From the IMG/VR virus record IMGVR_UViG_2974515140_000001, positions 95,280-156,130 of that record: DNA of 60,851 nucleotides, one strand, 5' to 3'. The notes under the pieces are model-generated. The model worked only from the letters and a program-made list of their open reading frames with translations. It was not told where the DNA came from and made no database searches. Source of the DNA: a virus. Lineage: Duplodnaviria > Heunggongvirae > Uroviricota > Caudoviricetes > Ackermannviridae. Below are positions 46,991-55,560 of the stretch, one piece after another. Numbering within the stretch: the stretch's first letter is position 1; each line of letters starts with the position of its first letter. A program made the position numbers and the translations under genes.

Positions 46991-47896
46991 CTAACCCTTA
47001 CTCAACAGGCCGAGAAGGGATACAGAGGACTTTGTTACCTCTCCCTTGGCGCTCGCCTTGGTTTTAGATTTGGTCGCCTTCTCAGGGACTCGATGCGCTA
47101 GAGGATCATCCCCACCGACTTCACGCGTCATTGGGTCAGTTTCACAGAATCCGTAGAAATCTTTGATGTCCAGACCCATGGCGTGAAACTCACCACGCAT
47201 TTGATGATGAATAGCGTTGCCAATCACCCACAAAGGTGCATCAAACGGCATCATGGCTAATTCGCTATCATTTCCTGTTTTGAATTCTTGAGTGTTTGTA
47301 GACGATTGACGGTACAACACGTCTTGCCCGCTGTAGTCATTGACCACCACTTCCCAACCCAGCGCCAGCATTTCAGCTTTCGACTTCTCAAACTCCTTGG
47401 AGTAAGATTCGTTGCGTGACCAGCCGGAGTCCCCTGCTTCCTTACCAGAGCGACCACGGATGCGCGCATCATACTGATAGCGGTCTGGGTATGCAAAGTA
47501 CAGCAGTGACAGTGATTCAATCGGATAGTTCTTGAACATCCATTCAGGACGCCATTTATCCGATAGCATGAGGGGTTCGCCCTCACACACCAGAGTGTAA
47601 CCCTGAGCCAGCCAGCCTTTGACCAGATCACGGGCGATATCACCCGAGCCTGTGGCGGCGTGGATGGCGTCCATGGAAGTCCAGGAAGCCAGACCGGATT
47701 TGTTGGACACAGTATACTGGCCAACGAAGATTAACTTCAGCTCTTCGAACTTCAGGCCGAATGGGCGCGTCTTGTCACCAATGGTGTAGGTGAGTTCAGT
47801 AGGCTCCAGCTTAGTTCGGAGCCATTCGATGAACTGGACCACTCTCGTACCCTTGCCCACGCCACTTGTTCCCTTCACTACAATTATTTTAGCCAT
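46991..47896 (-). CDS. P-loop kinase, probable second 5hmU DNA kinase (ViI gp243-like)
   Basis: KGTSGVGKGT Walker A, LVCEGEPL; four genes upstream of the amino-acid:DNA transferase. Confidence 0.75.
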   Translation of the reverse strand: MAKIIVVKGTSGVGKGTRVVQFIEWLRTKLEPTELTYTIGDKTRPFGLKFEELKLIFVGQYTVSNKSGLASWTSMDAIHAATGSGDIARDLVKGWLAQGYTLVCEGEPLMLSDKWRPEWMFKNYPIESLSLLYFAYPDRYQYDARIRGRSGKEAGDSGWSRNESYSKEFEKSKAEMLALGWEVVVNDYSGQDVLYRQSSTNTQEFKTGNDSELAMMPFDAPLWVIGNAIHHQMRGEFHAMGLDIKDFYGFCETDPMTREVGGDDPLAHRVPEKATKSKTKASAKGEVTKSSVSLLGLLSKG

Positions 47897-48237
47897 TATG
47901 CATCTTCCTCAATACGCCAGCTCACACCGCCCATCCATGGTGCCCAGAACACAGCAACCTGTGGGCGGCCATTCTCTTCAAACTTCACTTTATACTGGTC
48001 GTCGAAGTTATAGAAAATTTCATCGTCATCTGGTGCCATACCGTTTTCTATCAGAACACGCTTTAACTCCAGCGCCGCACCAACGGAAGTGGGTGTGGTT
48101 TGTTTACGAATGAAGTTGTTCACATGGATAATAACGCCATCCATATCGCTATCACCGGAACGCTTGTCTGGGGTTTCCCCAAACTTGGTTTGTTCTTGCA
48201 CGATGTCCTCCTCAATGGACGTATTGATAATGGCCAA
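47896..48237 (-). CDS. Hypothetical acidic protein
   Basis: 113 aa; start may be the GTG after GAGG. Confidence 0.65.
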   Translation of the reverse strand: MAIINTSIEEDIVQEQTKFGETPDKRSGDSDMDGVIIHVNNFIRKQTTPTSVGAALELKRVLIENGMAPDDDEIFYNFDDQYKVKFEENGRPQVAVFWAPWMGGVSWRIEEDA

Positions 48238-48994
48238 TCAGGCGGTTCACCACTTCGACAATATTGCGGTTCAGGAAGTCGAAGTGGTTCTGGCCTTCTA
48301 CTGGTTTAATATAAAGCATATCTTCCGAGTTCGAAAGATCCAGTTTTTCATAATTTCCCTGAGGAACAAAGATGACAAAAATATTGTTCATCGCACAGGG
48401 TTCAACGTATTTCGGGTTATCATCAATTAAAACATCACCTGCCAAAAGATGCTTTTCGTCGGTGCTGACAAACCCGTTGAAGATGCCAGGGAACTTGTCA
48501 TAGACAAACTGGCGCTTGCTGCGCTCGTGTTCTGGCTCACACTTAGATACTGCGATCAATTCAACATTTTCAAAGTCTTCGAGTAGGATCTTCTTCAGAT
48601 TCACCAGGAACTCGTAAGCGCCTGGAAGCGGGTTCATCTTGGCATACAGGTCCGGCATGCGCCACCAATCCATAGGATCACGTCCTGTAGGTGAATCCAT
48701 CCACTGACCAGCAACGAATACACGGCGCGTTAACCAGGCCGGATGCGCGCGTTCACGCATGAGGATCGCCAGATCACCAGCGTGTGACATATAGCACTCT
48801 TTGGTGATTGGTTGAAATTCAGATGGGTAGTCGTGACATCCCATATTTTCCGCAGCGGCTTTAGAATTAGAGATATTGAACCATTCAACCCACGGCGAAA
48901 GGGAATCAACCAAAGTCAAGTCTACGTCTACCAGGATACGATACATTCCACCGATTTTAGAATTGGCATCATACAGACCAACATGATTATTCAT
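48212..48994 (-). CDS. HAD-family 5'(3')-deoxyribonucleotidase
   Basis: ILVDVDLTL (DxD), PLPGA, LIDDNP. Confidence 0.8.
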   Translation of the reverse strand: MNNHVGLYDANSKIGGMYRILVDVDLTLVDSLSPWVEWFNISNSKAAAENMGCHDYPSEFQPITKECYMSHAGDLAILMRERAHPAWLTRRVFVAGQWMDSPTGRDPMDWWRMPDLYAKMNPLPGAYEFLVNLKKILLEDFENVELIAVSKCEPEHERSKRQFVYDKFPGIFNGFVSTDEKHLLAGDVLIDDNPKYVEPCAMNNIFVIFVPQGNYEKLDLSNSEDMLYIKPVEGQNHFDFLNRNIVEVVNRLIGHYQYVH

Positions 48995-49331
48995 CAGACT
49001 TCTCCACTTGATCATAACCAGTTGCGGTGCATTGCTCTTCTGTGCAATCTGCATACAGAACCACAGAAGATTCCTTCACGTAAGTGGTGCAGTGATAGGT
49101 TTCATCTTCCTGGATGGAATCATCATAATTGCAAACTGTTTGCAACGGACCAGGAGTGGTGTTGTCCAAAGCTGCATGTGCCTTGATGGTGTCTTCCATC
49201 TTATTCACCGCTTGCTGATTGGTGAACGTCGGCGCATCGAGGTCAACAGTAGACGCAACGTCCAGAAGGGTAGAGCATGCAGTGGTAGAGAAAGCCAGAG
49301 CACACACCAGAAGAATCTTATTGAGTTTCAT
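48987..49331 (-). CDS. Putative lipoprotein
   Basis: MKLNKILLVCALAFSTTAC signal peptide with a lipobox Cys. Confidence 0.7.
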   Translation of the reverse strand: MKLNKILLVCALAFSTTACSTLLDVASTVDLDAPTFTNQQAVNKMEDTIKAHAALDNTTPGPLQTVCNYDDSIQEDETYHCTTYVKESSVVLYADCTEEQCTATGYDQVEKSDE

Positions 49332-49359
49332 AACAATACCTGTTGTCAAAGGGATAACA

Positions 49360-49391
49360 GGGGGAATTATATCCCCCTTTGGTTTATTGAA
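49360..49391 (-). promoter_or_regulatory. TTCAAT-N14-TATAAT promoter with the -10 box in a hairpin loop
   Basis: AGGGGGA-TATAAT-TCCCCCT; TTCAAT 49386-49391. Confidence 0.75.
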
Positions 49392-52388
49392 TCAACCTTT
49401 CTTGCCCATCATGGACAACAGATTAACTCGACGTTTATGAGACCAACCAACCACATCCAAGATAGACTGAATTGGCTCTATAAAGGTCTTTTCAAACGTG
49501 GTGTGGTAATCCACCCATTTATCCAATCCCAATTCTGGAGGAAGGAAGTCAGGGAAGGCTATGCGATCATTCCCCACAGGATTGCCTGGTTTCAGGTTGA
49601 TGATTTTAACCTTATCACCGGATTCGATAGGCGGAAGACCGAGATCTTCGTGCTTATCGATCAGCTTGTTGTACATAATACAAGCCTTGGCAGCAAAGTG
49701 CGTACCGCTGATGTAATTCCCGTTCGCGTCTAACCACTTCTCAATATCGCTCACACCAGATGCCTGAGCGATATCATCCACGGTGAGTTCCATATATTCC
49801 TTTTTGTATCCAGCGATTAATTCCTGAACCTCAGCCTCCGTCCCCAGCAGAACTTTCTCATAGCATTTAACCAGACGCTCACGACACCATTCCGGCGTTG
49901 TAGATTTACGCGCTTCCAGACCTTTGAATTTGATCTTTGGCTTCTCATACTTGATGCCTTCGCTATCGTATACGGCCATGCAATACATCTTCTTGGCTCG
50001 CCATACAGCAGACGATGCGATGACCTCACGTTCCCAGACCATGCGCTGCTCAAACCCGTTCATGGTATTACACAACAACTGCGCCCATTCACTGGTTTTT
50101 GGCTGGTAATTCTCTTTGATCCATTGGTCAATGTTATCAACGAGTTTGTGATGATCCTTTTCTTCAGGCCACAATTGCTTGACCAGGCGTTCGATGCAAA
50201 TGTAGTTGGAGTCAGTATCACCCGCGATAACAAAATCCTGACCAGTAGTACCGCAAAGTTTGTTCAGATAATCATCAGTGTGGCGTTTGTTCCATTTGTT
50301 GATCAGCTGGCCGGAAGTGGTAATTGCTTCAGCGATGTTGATGTTGAAGTATTCTTTAAACCAGACGTTGGATATTGCGCCATAACCTGCGTTCATCAAG
50401 ATCTTCAGACCTTGTTGTAACGTATCTTGGGCAACTCCCAAATCTTCCCACTTATGCATGACTTCAGTCAGGTGATCAAGGTCGATATGCTTGTGTTCTT
50501 CATACCATTCAGGATCGTAGAAACGAGACTTCATGGCGGATTCAAGATGGAAATCACCTTTAGACATTTCCTTACACCAACCAGCCCATTGCTCATACTT
50601 CAGGCCAGTTGCTTTCTCTCCTTTACGGTCAGCGTATATGCCTCGCATAATTTCGGAAAGGAAGGACATCTTCTCATTACTGAAGAACTGAACGTTCGGG
50701 GTAAATGAAACGTTATATCGGCGTAGTGTTTCAAAATGGAATTCGCCCAGCGCGACCAATTCATCAACAACTTGTATGCGTTCATCAATAGCACGCTGCA
50801 GCTTGTCGTGAAGATTTTTGAGATGACGGCGCTTGTTCATCGGCGTTGTCATATCATTCATCGCTTTGGTCAGTTCTTCACACATTGCCTCAATAATATC
50901 ACGGCGCGTGTGCTTATCGGATATAATCGTCTCAGGACCAAGGTTGTATTGCTGTATGATGTGGGGATACAGGGAGTTTAAGTCCTCAGAGAAGACCCAG
51001 AAATATATCCCTGGCGCAACCTCCATGACATATGCGCCTTCAAAATCCGTTGGCCCATCATAGACGCGCTGTATTTTCGGGACAATCCCCTTCTCATAAA
51101 GACGATAGTAACACATCGCCAGCCACGGTGCCACAGTGCCAAGACCGTCTTCATAGTTGGATTTAGTGCGATAAGCCAATACAAACATCAGCTGTATCAA
51201 ACGCAGTTTTTGTTCTAAACGCCATACCAGTTTGACGTCTTTGATACCGTATCGCGTATGCTTGCAATAATCATTGAAATAAAGGTCATACAGCGATTTG
51301 CTTTCACTATAATCCAACTTCTTCTCACCGAGTTCACAATAAGCGATCCAGTCCAGTGAGTATTTTTCGCGGGTGGTGTAAGTGTGCTTCTTGTACACTT
51401 GCATGTAGTCCATCATTGGACAACCCACAAACTGATAAGACGTGACGTCCCCTTTACGGTCTTTGATGAAACGTTTCTTCAGTTTACCCCAAGGGCTGAG
51501 ACGTTCGGCTTGTGTTTCACCAAGAACCTGCGTAATTCGTTCAACCAAATAGGGGCTATCGAACGTTTCAATGTTCCACCCCGTCCAACCGTCAAATTGA
51601 CGTTCCGACCAGTAATCCAAGAAGGCGCGAAGCAGATCTTGTTCCGTCGTATATTCTTTATATTCGACCTCAAGACCGCCGACTTCTTCATCATTGGGAT
51701 CATATTTGAATTTATGGCGATCCTTGGAACACGGCATACCCCAGACATAGAATTTGTTGGTATTCATATCTTGGAGCTGAATCAGCGTAATAGGGAACGC
51801 TGCATTCATGTTCTGGGTGATCTTACCATTACTGTCGATGATTGGGAATTGATCAGTAACATTGTTGGAAATAAAGGAACCAGGGAAATGCTCCCGAACG
51901 AAGTCATGGTTGGCCAGGACTTGCTTATGGAAGCGGCGAACCCGCGCCTCGCTGCCTTTAAACGTGTGGGATTCAATGGTTGCGTGTGGGAATGGACCTT
52001 TAGTCATTTCTCCGTCACGCCAACCAGCCGAGAACACTTCGATATCCACGTTGGCGATGTGGATATTTGAATAATCAGGTGTGATCATCCCAGGAAAACT
52101 ATGGGCGATGAATTGATATGCATAATCCGTTTGTCCATACACCGCAGCGCCTTCGACCTCCTTGTACTCCTCAAGATAGTTGTCAGCGTCGCGCATTGAT
52201 GCAAACTTTTTAGACACCAACGGTTCGTTGAGGAGGCCAATCTTTTCAACTTTGGAATAATCAGCTGTGGGTAAATACAAGGTGGGTTCGAATTTCTTAC
52301 GCAACATTCGGCGATTGCCGTTGTCGTCTGCGATACGAATCAGAAGGTCGTTACCCTGTCGGGCAACGTTCGTATAGAAAACAGTCAT
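49392..52388 (-). CDS. gp43: Family B DNA polymerase (T4 gp43-like)
   Basis: DIE exonuclease motif, GWNIETFD, YSLD, DLNSLYP, KILMNAGYG, GDTDS; start at MTVFY. Confidence 0.96.
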   Translation of the reverse strand: MTVFYTNVARQGNDLLIRIADDNGNRRMLRKKFEPTLYLPTADYSKVEKIGLLNEPLVSKKFASMRDADNYLEEYKEVEGAAVYGQTDYAYQFIAHSFPGMITPDYSNIHIANVDIEVFSAGWRDGEMTKGPFPHATIESHTFKGSEARVRRFHKQVLANHDFVREHFPGSFISNNVTDQFPIIDSNGKITQNMNAAFPITLIQLQDMNTNKFYVWGMPCSKDRHKFKYDPNDEEVGGLEVEYKEYTTEQDLLRAFLDYWSERQFDGWTGWNIETFDSPYLVERITQVLGETQAERLSPWGKLKKRFIKDRKGDVTSYQFVGCPMMDYMQVYKKHTYTTREKYSLDWIAYCELGEKKLDYSESKSLYDLYFNDYCKHTRYGIKDVKLVWRLEQKLRLIQLMFVLAYRTKSNYEDGLGTVAPWLAMCYYRLYEKGIVPKIQRVYDGPTDFEGAYVMEVAPGIYFWVFSEDLNSLYPHIIQQYNLGPETIISDKHTRRDIIEAMCEELTKAMNDMTTPMNKRRHLKNLHDKLQRAIDERIQVVDELVALGEFHFETLRRYNVSFTPNVQFFSNEKMSFLSEIMRGIYADRKGEKATGLKYEQWAGWCKEMSKGDFHLESAMKSRFYDPEWYEEHKHIDLDHLTEVMHKWEDLGVAQDTLQQGLKILMNAGYGAISNVWFKEYFNINIAEAITTSGQLINKWNKRHTDDYLNKLCGTTGQDFVIAGDTDSNYICIERLVKQLWPEEKDHHKLVDNIDQWIKENYQPKTSEWAQLLCNTMNGFEQRMVWEREVIASSAVWRAKKMYCMAVYDSEGIKYEKPKIKFKGLEARKSTTPEWCRERLVKCYEKVLLGTEAEVQELIAGYKKEYMELTVDDIAQASGVSDIEKWLDANGNYISGTHFAAKACIMYNKLIDKHEDLGLPPIESGDKVKIINLKPGNPVGNDRIAFPDFLPPELGLDKWVDYHTTFEKTFIEPIQSILDVVGWSHKRRVNLLSMMGKKG

Positions 52389-52467
52389 TGTTTGTCTCCG
52401 GTTAACCGTGCCGTCAGCACGTCCCCGTAATTTAACCGAGGAACGTTCAATGACCAAGGAGTTTAAA

Positions 52468-53040
52468 ATGGCAATCCCCTTTGTGAGCATGATTCCAGGG
52501 GCGCTAAAGCAACTCTGGAATCTTGGGACTGATTTGGTGCAATATAAGCGGGAAATTGTTCAGGCTAAACACGATGTTAAACTGGAGGCAATAAAGTCTT
52601 CTTCAGAATGGGAACTTTCTAAGATTACCGAAGTCGGCGGTTCTTGGAAAGATGAATTCTGGACAATCGTTTTGGCTGTTCCCGCTATCCTTGTTATGAT
52701 CGCTCCGGTTGTGGAACTTCTAATGTTCCCCACCGAGTATCATAAAGGGGATTTCATCAAAGCAGTAATTGATGGTATGCAAGCCCTTGAAACAGCACCT
52801 GATTGGTATACTGCTTCGCTATTGACAGCAATTAGTGCATCATTCGGTATCAAGGGGTACAACCATTACAAAAGCAATAGCCGGAAGGCGCAAGCTGTGG
52901 ATGCTCTCAAACAGTTTGGGGTCAAAGTGGTTAACAAAGATCCCACTGTTGTTACTCAGTCGGGTTCTCCCGATCTTGAGTCTGCTCCCCCAGCTGGGTC
53001 TACTGCGACCTCTGGTGCGTGGCCTGATCTGAAGAAATAA
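52468..53040 (+). CDS. Putative holin (3TM / GTA-release family)
   Basis: GSWKDEFWTIVLAVP ... PDWY...ASFGIK motif; AGGAG RBS before MAIPF. Confidence 0.6.
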   Translation: MAIPFVSMIPGALKQLWNLGTDLVQYKREIVQAKHDVKLEAIKSSSEWELSKITEVGGSWKDEFWTIVLAVPAILVMIAPVVELLMFPTEYHKGDFIKAVIDGMQALETAPDWYTASLLTAISASFGIKGYNHYKSNSRKAQAVDALKQFGVKVVNKDPTVVTQSGSPDLESAPPAGSTATSGAWPDLKK

Positions 53041-53044
53041 GTTC

Positions 53045-53070
53045 AAGGGGAGGAAACTCCCCTTTCTTTT
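53045..53070 (+). terminator. Intrinsic terminator
   Basis: AAGGGGAG-GAAA-CTCCCCTT followed by TCTTTT. Confidence 0.8.
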
Positions 53071-53082
53071 GGTGTTTAGGGA

Positions 53083-53295
53083 ATGAAAGTGGTAAACAAG
53101 AGATTGCTCGTTACCCAAGGCGGGGCGACGATAGTACGCGGAAGGATATATGAACAAACACAGCTTGGTGATCATAAGACTCGTCTGACGGTTAAAGCAC
53201 CCGACGGTGGTTGGCCAACAAAGGTGATTGTCCCAGACGGCCTCATAGAACGAGGGACGGCGACGTATAAAGGAGCAGAGTTCAAAATTTATTAA
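53083..53295 (+). CDS. Hypothetical protein
   Basis: 70 aa; AGGGA RBS. Confidence 0.6.
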   Translation: MKVVNKRLLVTQGGATIVRGRIYEQTQLGDHKTRLTVKAPDGGWPTKVIVPDGLIERGTATYKGAEFKIY

Positions 53296-53302
53296 AATAT
53301 TT

Positions 53303-53341
53303 ATTGAATAAAGTTTACTTCTTCAATAACTGGCGTATACT
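53303..53341 (+). promoter_or_regulatory. Sigma70-like early promoter flanked by an inverted ATTGAA/TTCAAT pair
   Basis: ATTGAA-taaag-TTTACT-tc-TTCAAT-aactggcg-TATACT. Confidence 0.65.
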
Positions 53342-53390
53342 TCTAATTGTAGTACGAACAAACAACAATCTGAAGAGAAGGAAATACATC

Positions 53391-53948
53391 ATGGCAATCG
53401 AAATTATCGCTCAATCAAAATCAGGCAAAACAGTTCTGTTCGGAACCGAAGAAGGTCGTGCAATCACCACCCTGGGTACGGTTGACGGCAGCAATCCAGT
53501 AAAAGGCGGTCGCTTTCTGGTTGAATACGGTTCTCGTGTTGTAATGATAAGCAAAATCGATGGTCGTGAAATCACTGCTCCTCGCCAAGAGTTCTTTGAT
53601 TCACGTTCCGCTGCCATGCAGTTCTTTTTCTTCCAGAAACGTCATGAACTGTTCGTTGAAGCGAAAGACGCAGGTCTGGACGACGCGACGGCTGAACTGA
53701 TTGCCGAAGGTAAAATGACTCTTGAGGCTGCTCTCGGAGACATGGATTGCGAAGCCGAAGCACATTATATTGAATATTCCGCATATCAGAACGAATGTGA
53801 AGATGATCCGGAAGATGACGGCTTCGACCCTGACCTCCACGGCGGTGAAGACGATAACACCCCTTCCCTAGAAGTTCTGATGGCTGGCGGCCAGGCCGCT
53901 TGGGAATGGCAGAACGAGAAGAACGCCTGGCTGGATTCCCGTATCTAA
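53391..53948 (+). CDS. Hypothetical early protein with an acidic C-terminus
   Basis: Start reassigned to MAIEII after AGGA. Confidence 0.75.
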   Translation: MAIEIIAQSKSGKTVLFGTEEGRAITTLGTVDGSNPVKGGRFLVEYGSRVVMISKIDGREITAPRQEFFDSRSAAMQFFFFQKRHELFVEAKDAGLDDATAELIAEGKMTLEAALGDMDCEAEAHYIEYSAYQNECEDDPEDDGFDPDLHGGEDDNTPSLEVLMAGGQAAWEWQNEKNAWLDSRI

Positions 53949-53955
53949 TTGATCG

Positions 53956-53973
53956 AAGCCCCTTCGGGGGCTT
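53956..53973 (+). terminator. UUCG hairpin
   Basis: AAGCCCC-TTCG-GGGGCTT. Confidence 0.6.
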
Positions 53974-53996
53974 ACTTTGAACTGAAGGACTATATC

Positions 53997-54542
53997 ATGA
54001 GCAACCCAAAAACTCCTGTCCGTATTGCCGTCGAGCCTCTACTGGTTGATGCTGAGAATGCTGCTGAGCAGTACGCGAACAAAGTCATCAAGAACATAAT
54101 GGACGATCTGGCATCCAACGGCTGGGACGTCGAGAAGTGTGCTCCGTGGCCATCTTCGGTTGGTGTCAAGTTTGGTGATCCAGATTACCAACGAATGAAA
54201 TCTAAACACGCGCTCTACCGTTCTTTGACCCAGGCAGTGAATCCTTCTTACATACCTGGGAAGCCGGATATTGTCAAAGCTGATCTTGATCGCCATGCTC
54301 TGTTTGTCAAAGAAGCACGTCGAAACGCTGCGATGCAATATGAGTCTTTCATTTGTAAACTGGAAAACAAAATTGGTAGTCATAGTGCGGCTGTACTGAA
54401 CGGTTCCCATGTATGGGGTTATTCAATCCTAACCGTGACCACACCAGAGGGGATTCAGCGCTGGAAGACTCAGACGATTATCAATATGTCCAAGTTGGGC
54501 AAACTCTTTAACCAATATCCAACCAGGAAGGTGAAGGAGTAA
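53997..54542 (+). CDS. Conserved hypothetical phage protein
   Basis: Start MSNPK after AGGA; C-terminal W.T..I.N.SKLGK.FNQYPTR motif. Confidence 0.75.
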   Translation: MSNPKTPVRIAVEPLLVDAENAAEQYANKVIKNIMDDLASNGWDVEKCAPWPSSVGVKFGDPDYQRMKSKHALYRSLTQAVNPSYIPGKPDIVKADLDRHALFVKEARRNAAMQYESFICKLENKIGSHSAAVLNGSHVWGYSILTVTTPEGIQRWKTQTIINMSKLGKLFNQYPTRKVKE

Positions 54543-54551
54543 AATTAGAAC

Positions 54552-54578
54552 AACAAAGGGGCATTAAGCCCCTTTGTT
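54552..54578. terminator. Bidirectional terminator between convergent genes
   Basis: AACAAAGGGGC/GCCCCTTTGTT inverted repeat. Confidence 0.75.
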
Positions 54579-55036
54579 TATTTCCCATCCCAAAAGTCGT
54601 CTTCATCGTCTACTTCATCAAACGCAGAATCCAATTCTTCGTCAGAGTACTCTGGAAGGCGACCATTCTGTTTCAGATATTCAATCTCGTCATCTTCCAA
54701 TTGAAGATCTGTTGCTATAAACAGCGCTCCAGTCTCTTCATCATGTTCAATGCTATAAGACGTATATTCAGAACCTTGAACTGTAATGATGATAGATGTC
54801 GGATCTTCTGGATCCACGTGGGCTTCAAACGGGATACCGTCAATCGGAGCGTCTTCTAAGAATGTTGCAAGGGCTACGGCAGCGCGGACAACATCCGTAC
54901 CCTGTACCGATGCATAAATTTCTTCTGCGCCCGTTTCCCCGCGCTCAAAGAATTCAATCGTTGTCCCGTCTTGAACCCCAGTCCAGATAGGCATATCGGC
55001 TGGTGTATCAGCTTCAAATAATTTTGAAATTGGCAT
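54578..55036 (-). CDS. Highly acidic protein, possible prohead core / internal head protein
   Basis: MPISKLFEA N-terminus; Asp/Glu-rich; in a late-promoter operon. Confidence 0.6.
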   Translation of the reverse strand: MPISKLFEADTPADMPIWTGVQDGTTIEFFERGETGAEEIYASVQGTDVVRAAVALATFLEDAPIDGIPFEAHVDPEDPTSIIITVQGSEYTSYSIEHDEETGALFIATDLQLEDDEIEYLKQNGRLPEYSDEELDSAFDEVDDEDDFWDGK

Positions 55037-55071
55037 GTTCGTTTCCTCTATGGATAAACCTTATGGGATAT

Positions 55072-55521
55072 TTAGGCTTCTCTGTTTGCCAGCCCTGGTT
55101 TGAATACCACCATTTCTTCTACGTTATTGGCGCTCATAGAGGCTATGGAATCGAATCCTTTATTGATAAGTTCCTTCACATTATCGTGAATCTTACCAGG
55201 TTCTATTCCCAACTCATGCATTTTGTTTTCCCAAACAGAAACGTTATTAGAATCTATTACCAGAGTCTTCTTGGCTTTAACACGAAATGCCATGACAACA
55301 GGTTCACCAGATTGGCGATAGCGAACGGCATTTTCCGCGTAGATCTGCGCTTTTTCTGGATCCCCTGTCAGGTAAAATCCAGCACCCATCGTACCAGAGT
55401 CAGTCTGGCCAAATTTTTCAAAATCAAAGACGTCGAATTCAACATTCGACCCATGATATAAAACAATATCCGTAAAATCGGGCAATGTTGATTCACGATA
55501 GAATTCTAGGAAGGTTTTCAT
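55072..55521 (-). CDS. ADP-ribosyltransferase-fold protein (ART-PolyVal-like) with a capsid-targeting-like N-terminus
   Basis: MKTFLEFYRE; LYHGS, GAGFYLT, AQIYA, GFDSI, EEMVVF. Confidence 0.65.
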   Translation of the reverse strand: MKTFLEFYRESTLPDFTDIVLYHGSNVEFDVFDFEKFGQTDSGTMGAGFYLTGDPEKAQIYAENAVRYRQSGEPVVMAFRVKAKKTLVIDSNNVSVWENKMHELGIEPGKIHDNVKELINKGFDSIASMSANNVEEMVVFKPGLANREA

Positions 55522-55523
55522 AG

Positions 55524-55554
55524 ATACCCCACACTTACTGTATGGGGTATTTAG
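55524..55554 (-). promoter_or_regulatory. Late-type promoter CTAAATACCCC overlapping a hairpin
   Basis: CTAAATACCCC at 55544-55554; ATACCCC/GGGGTAT inverted repeat. Confidence 0.7.
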
Positions 55555-55560
55555 GAGGGA

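Noticed and set aside
51384-52070. 228-aa plus-strand ORF, and similar long antisense ORFs (15110..15757, 49008..49733, 55003..55461)
   Set aside because: They lie opposite clearly identified genes and have no RBS or recognisable motifs; codon-bias shadows
49392-52388. Intein or intron in DNA polymerase (longer than T4 gp43)
   Set aside because: The frame is continuous, inserts are short, and no intein splice-junction or LAGLIDADG/HNH motifs were recognised
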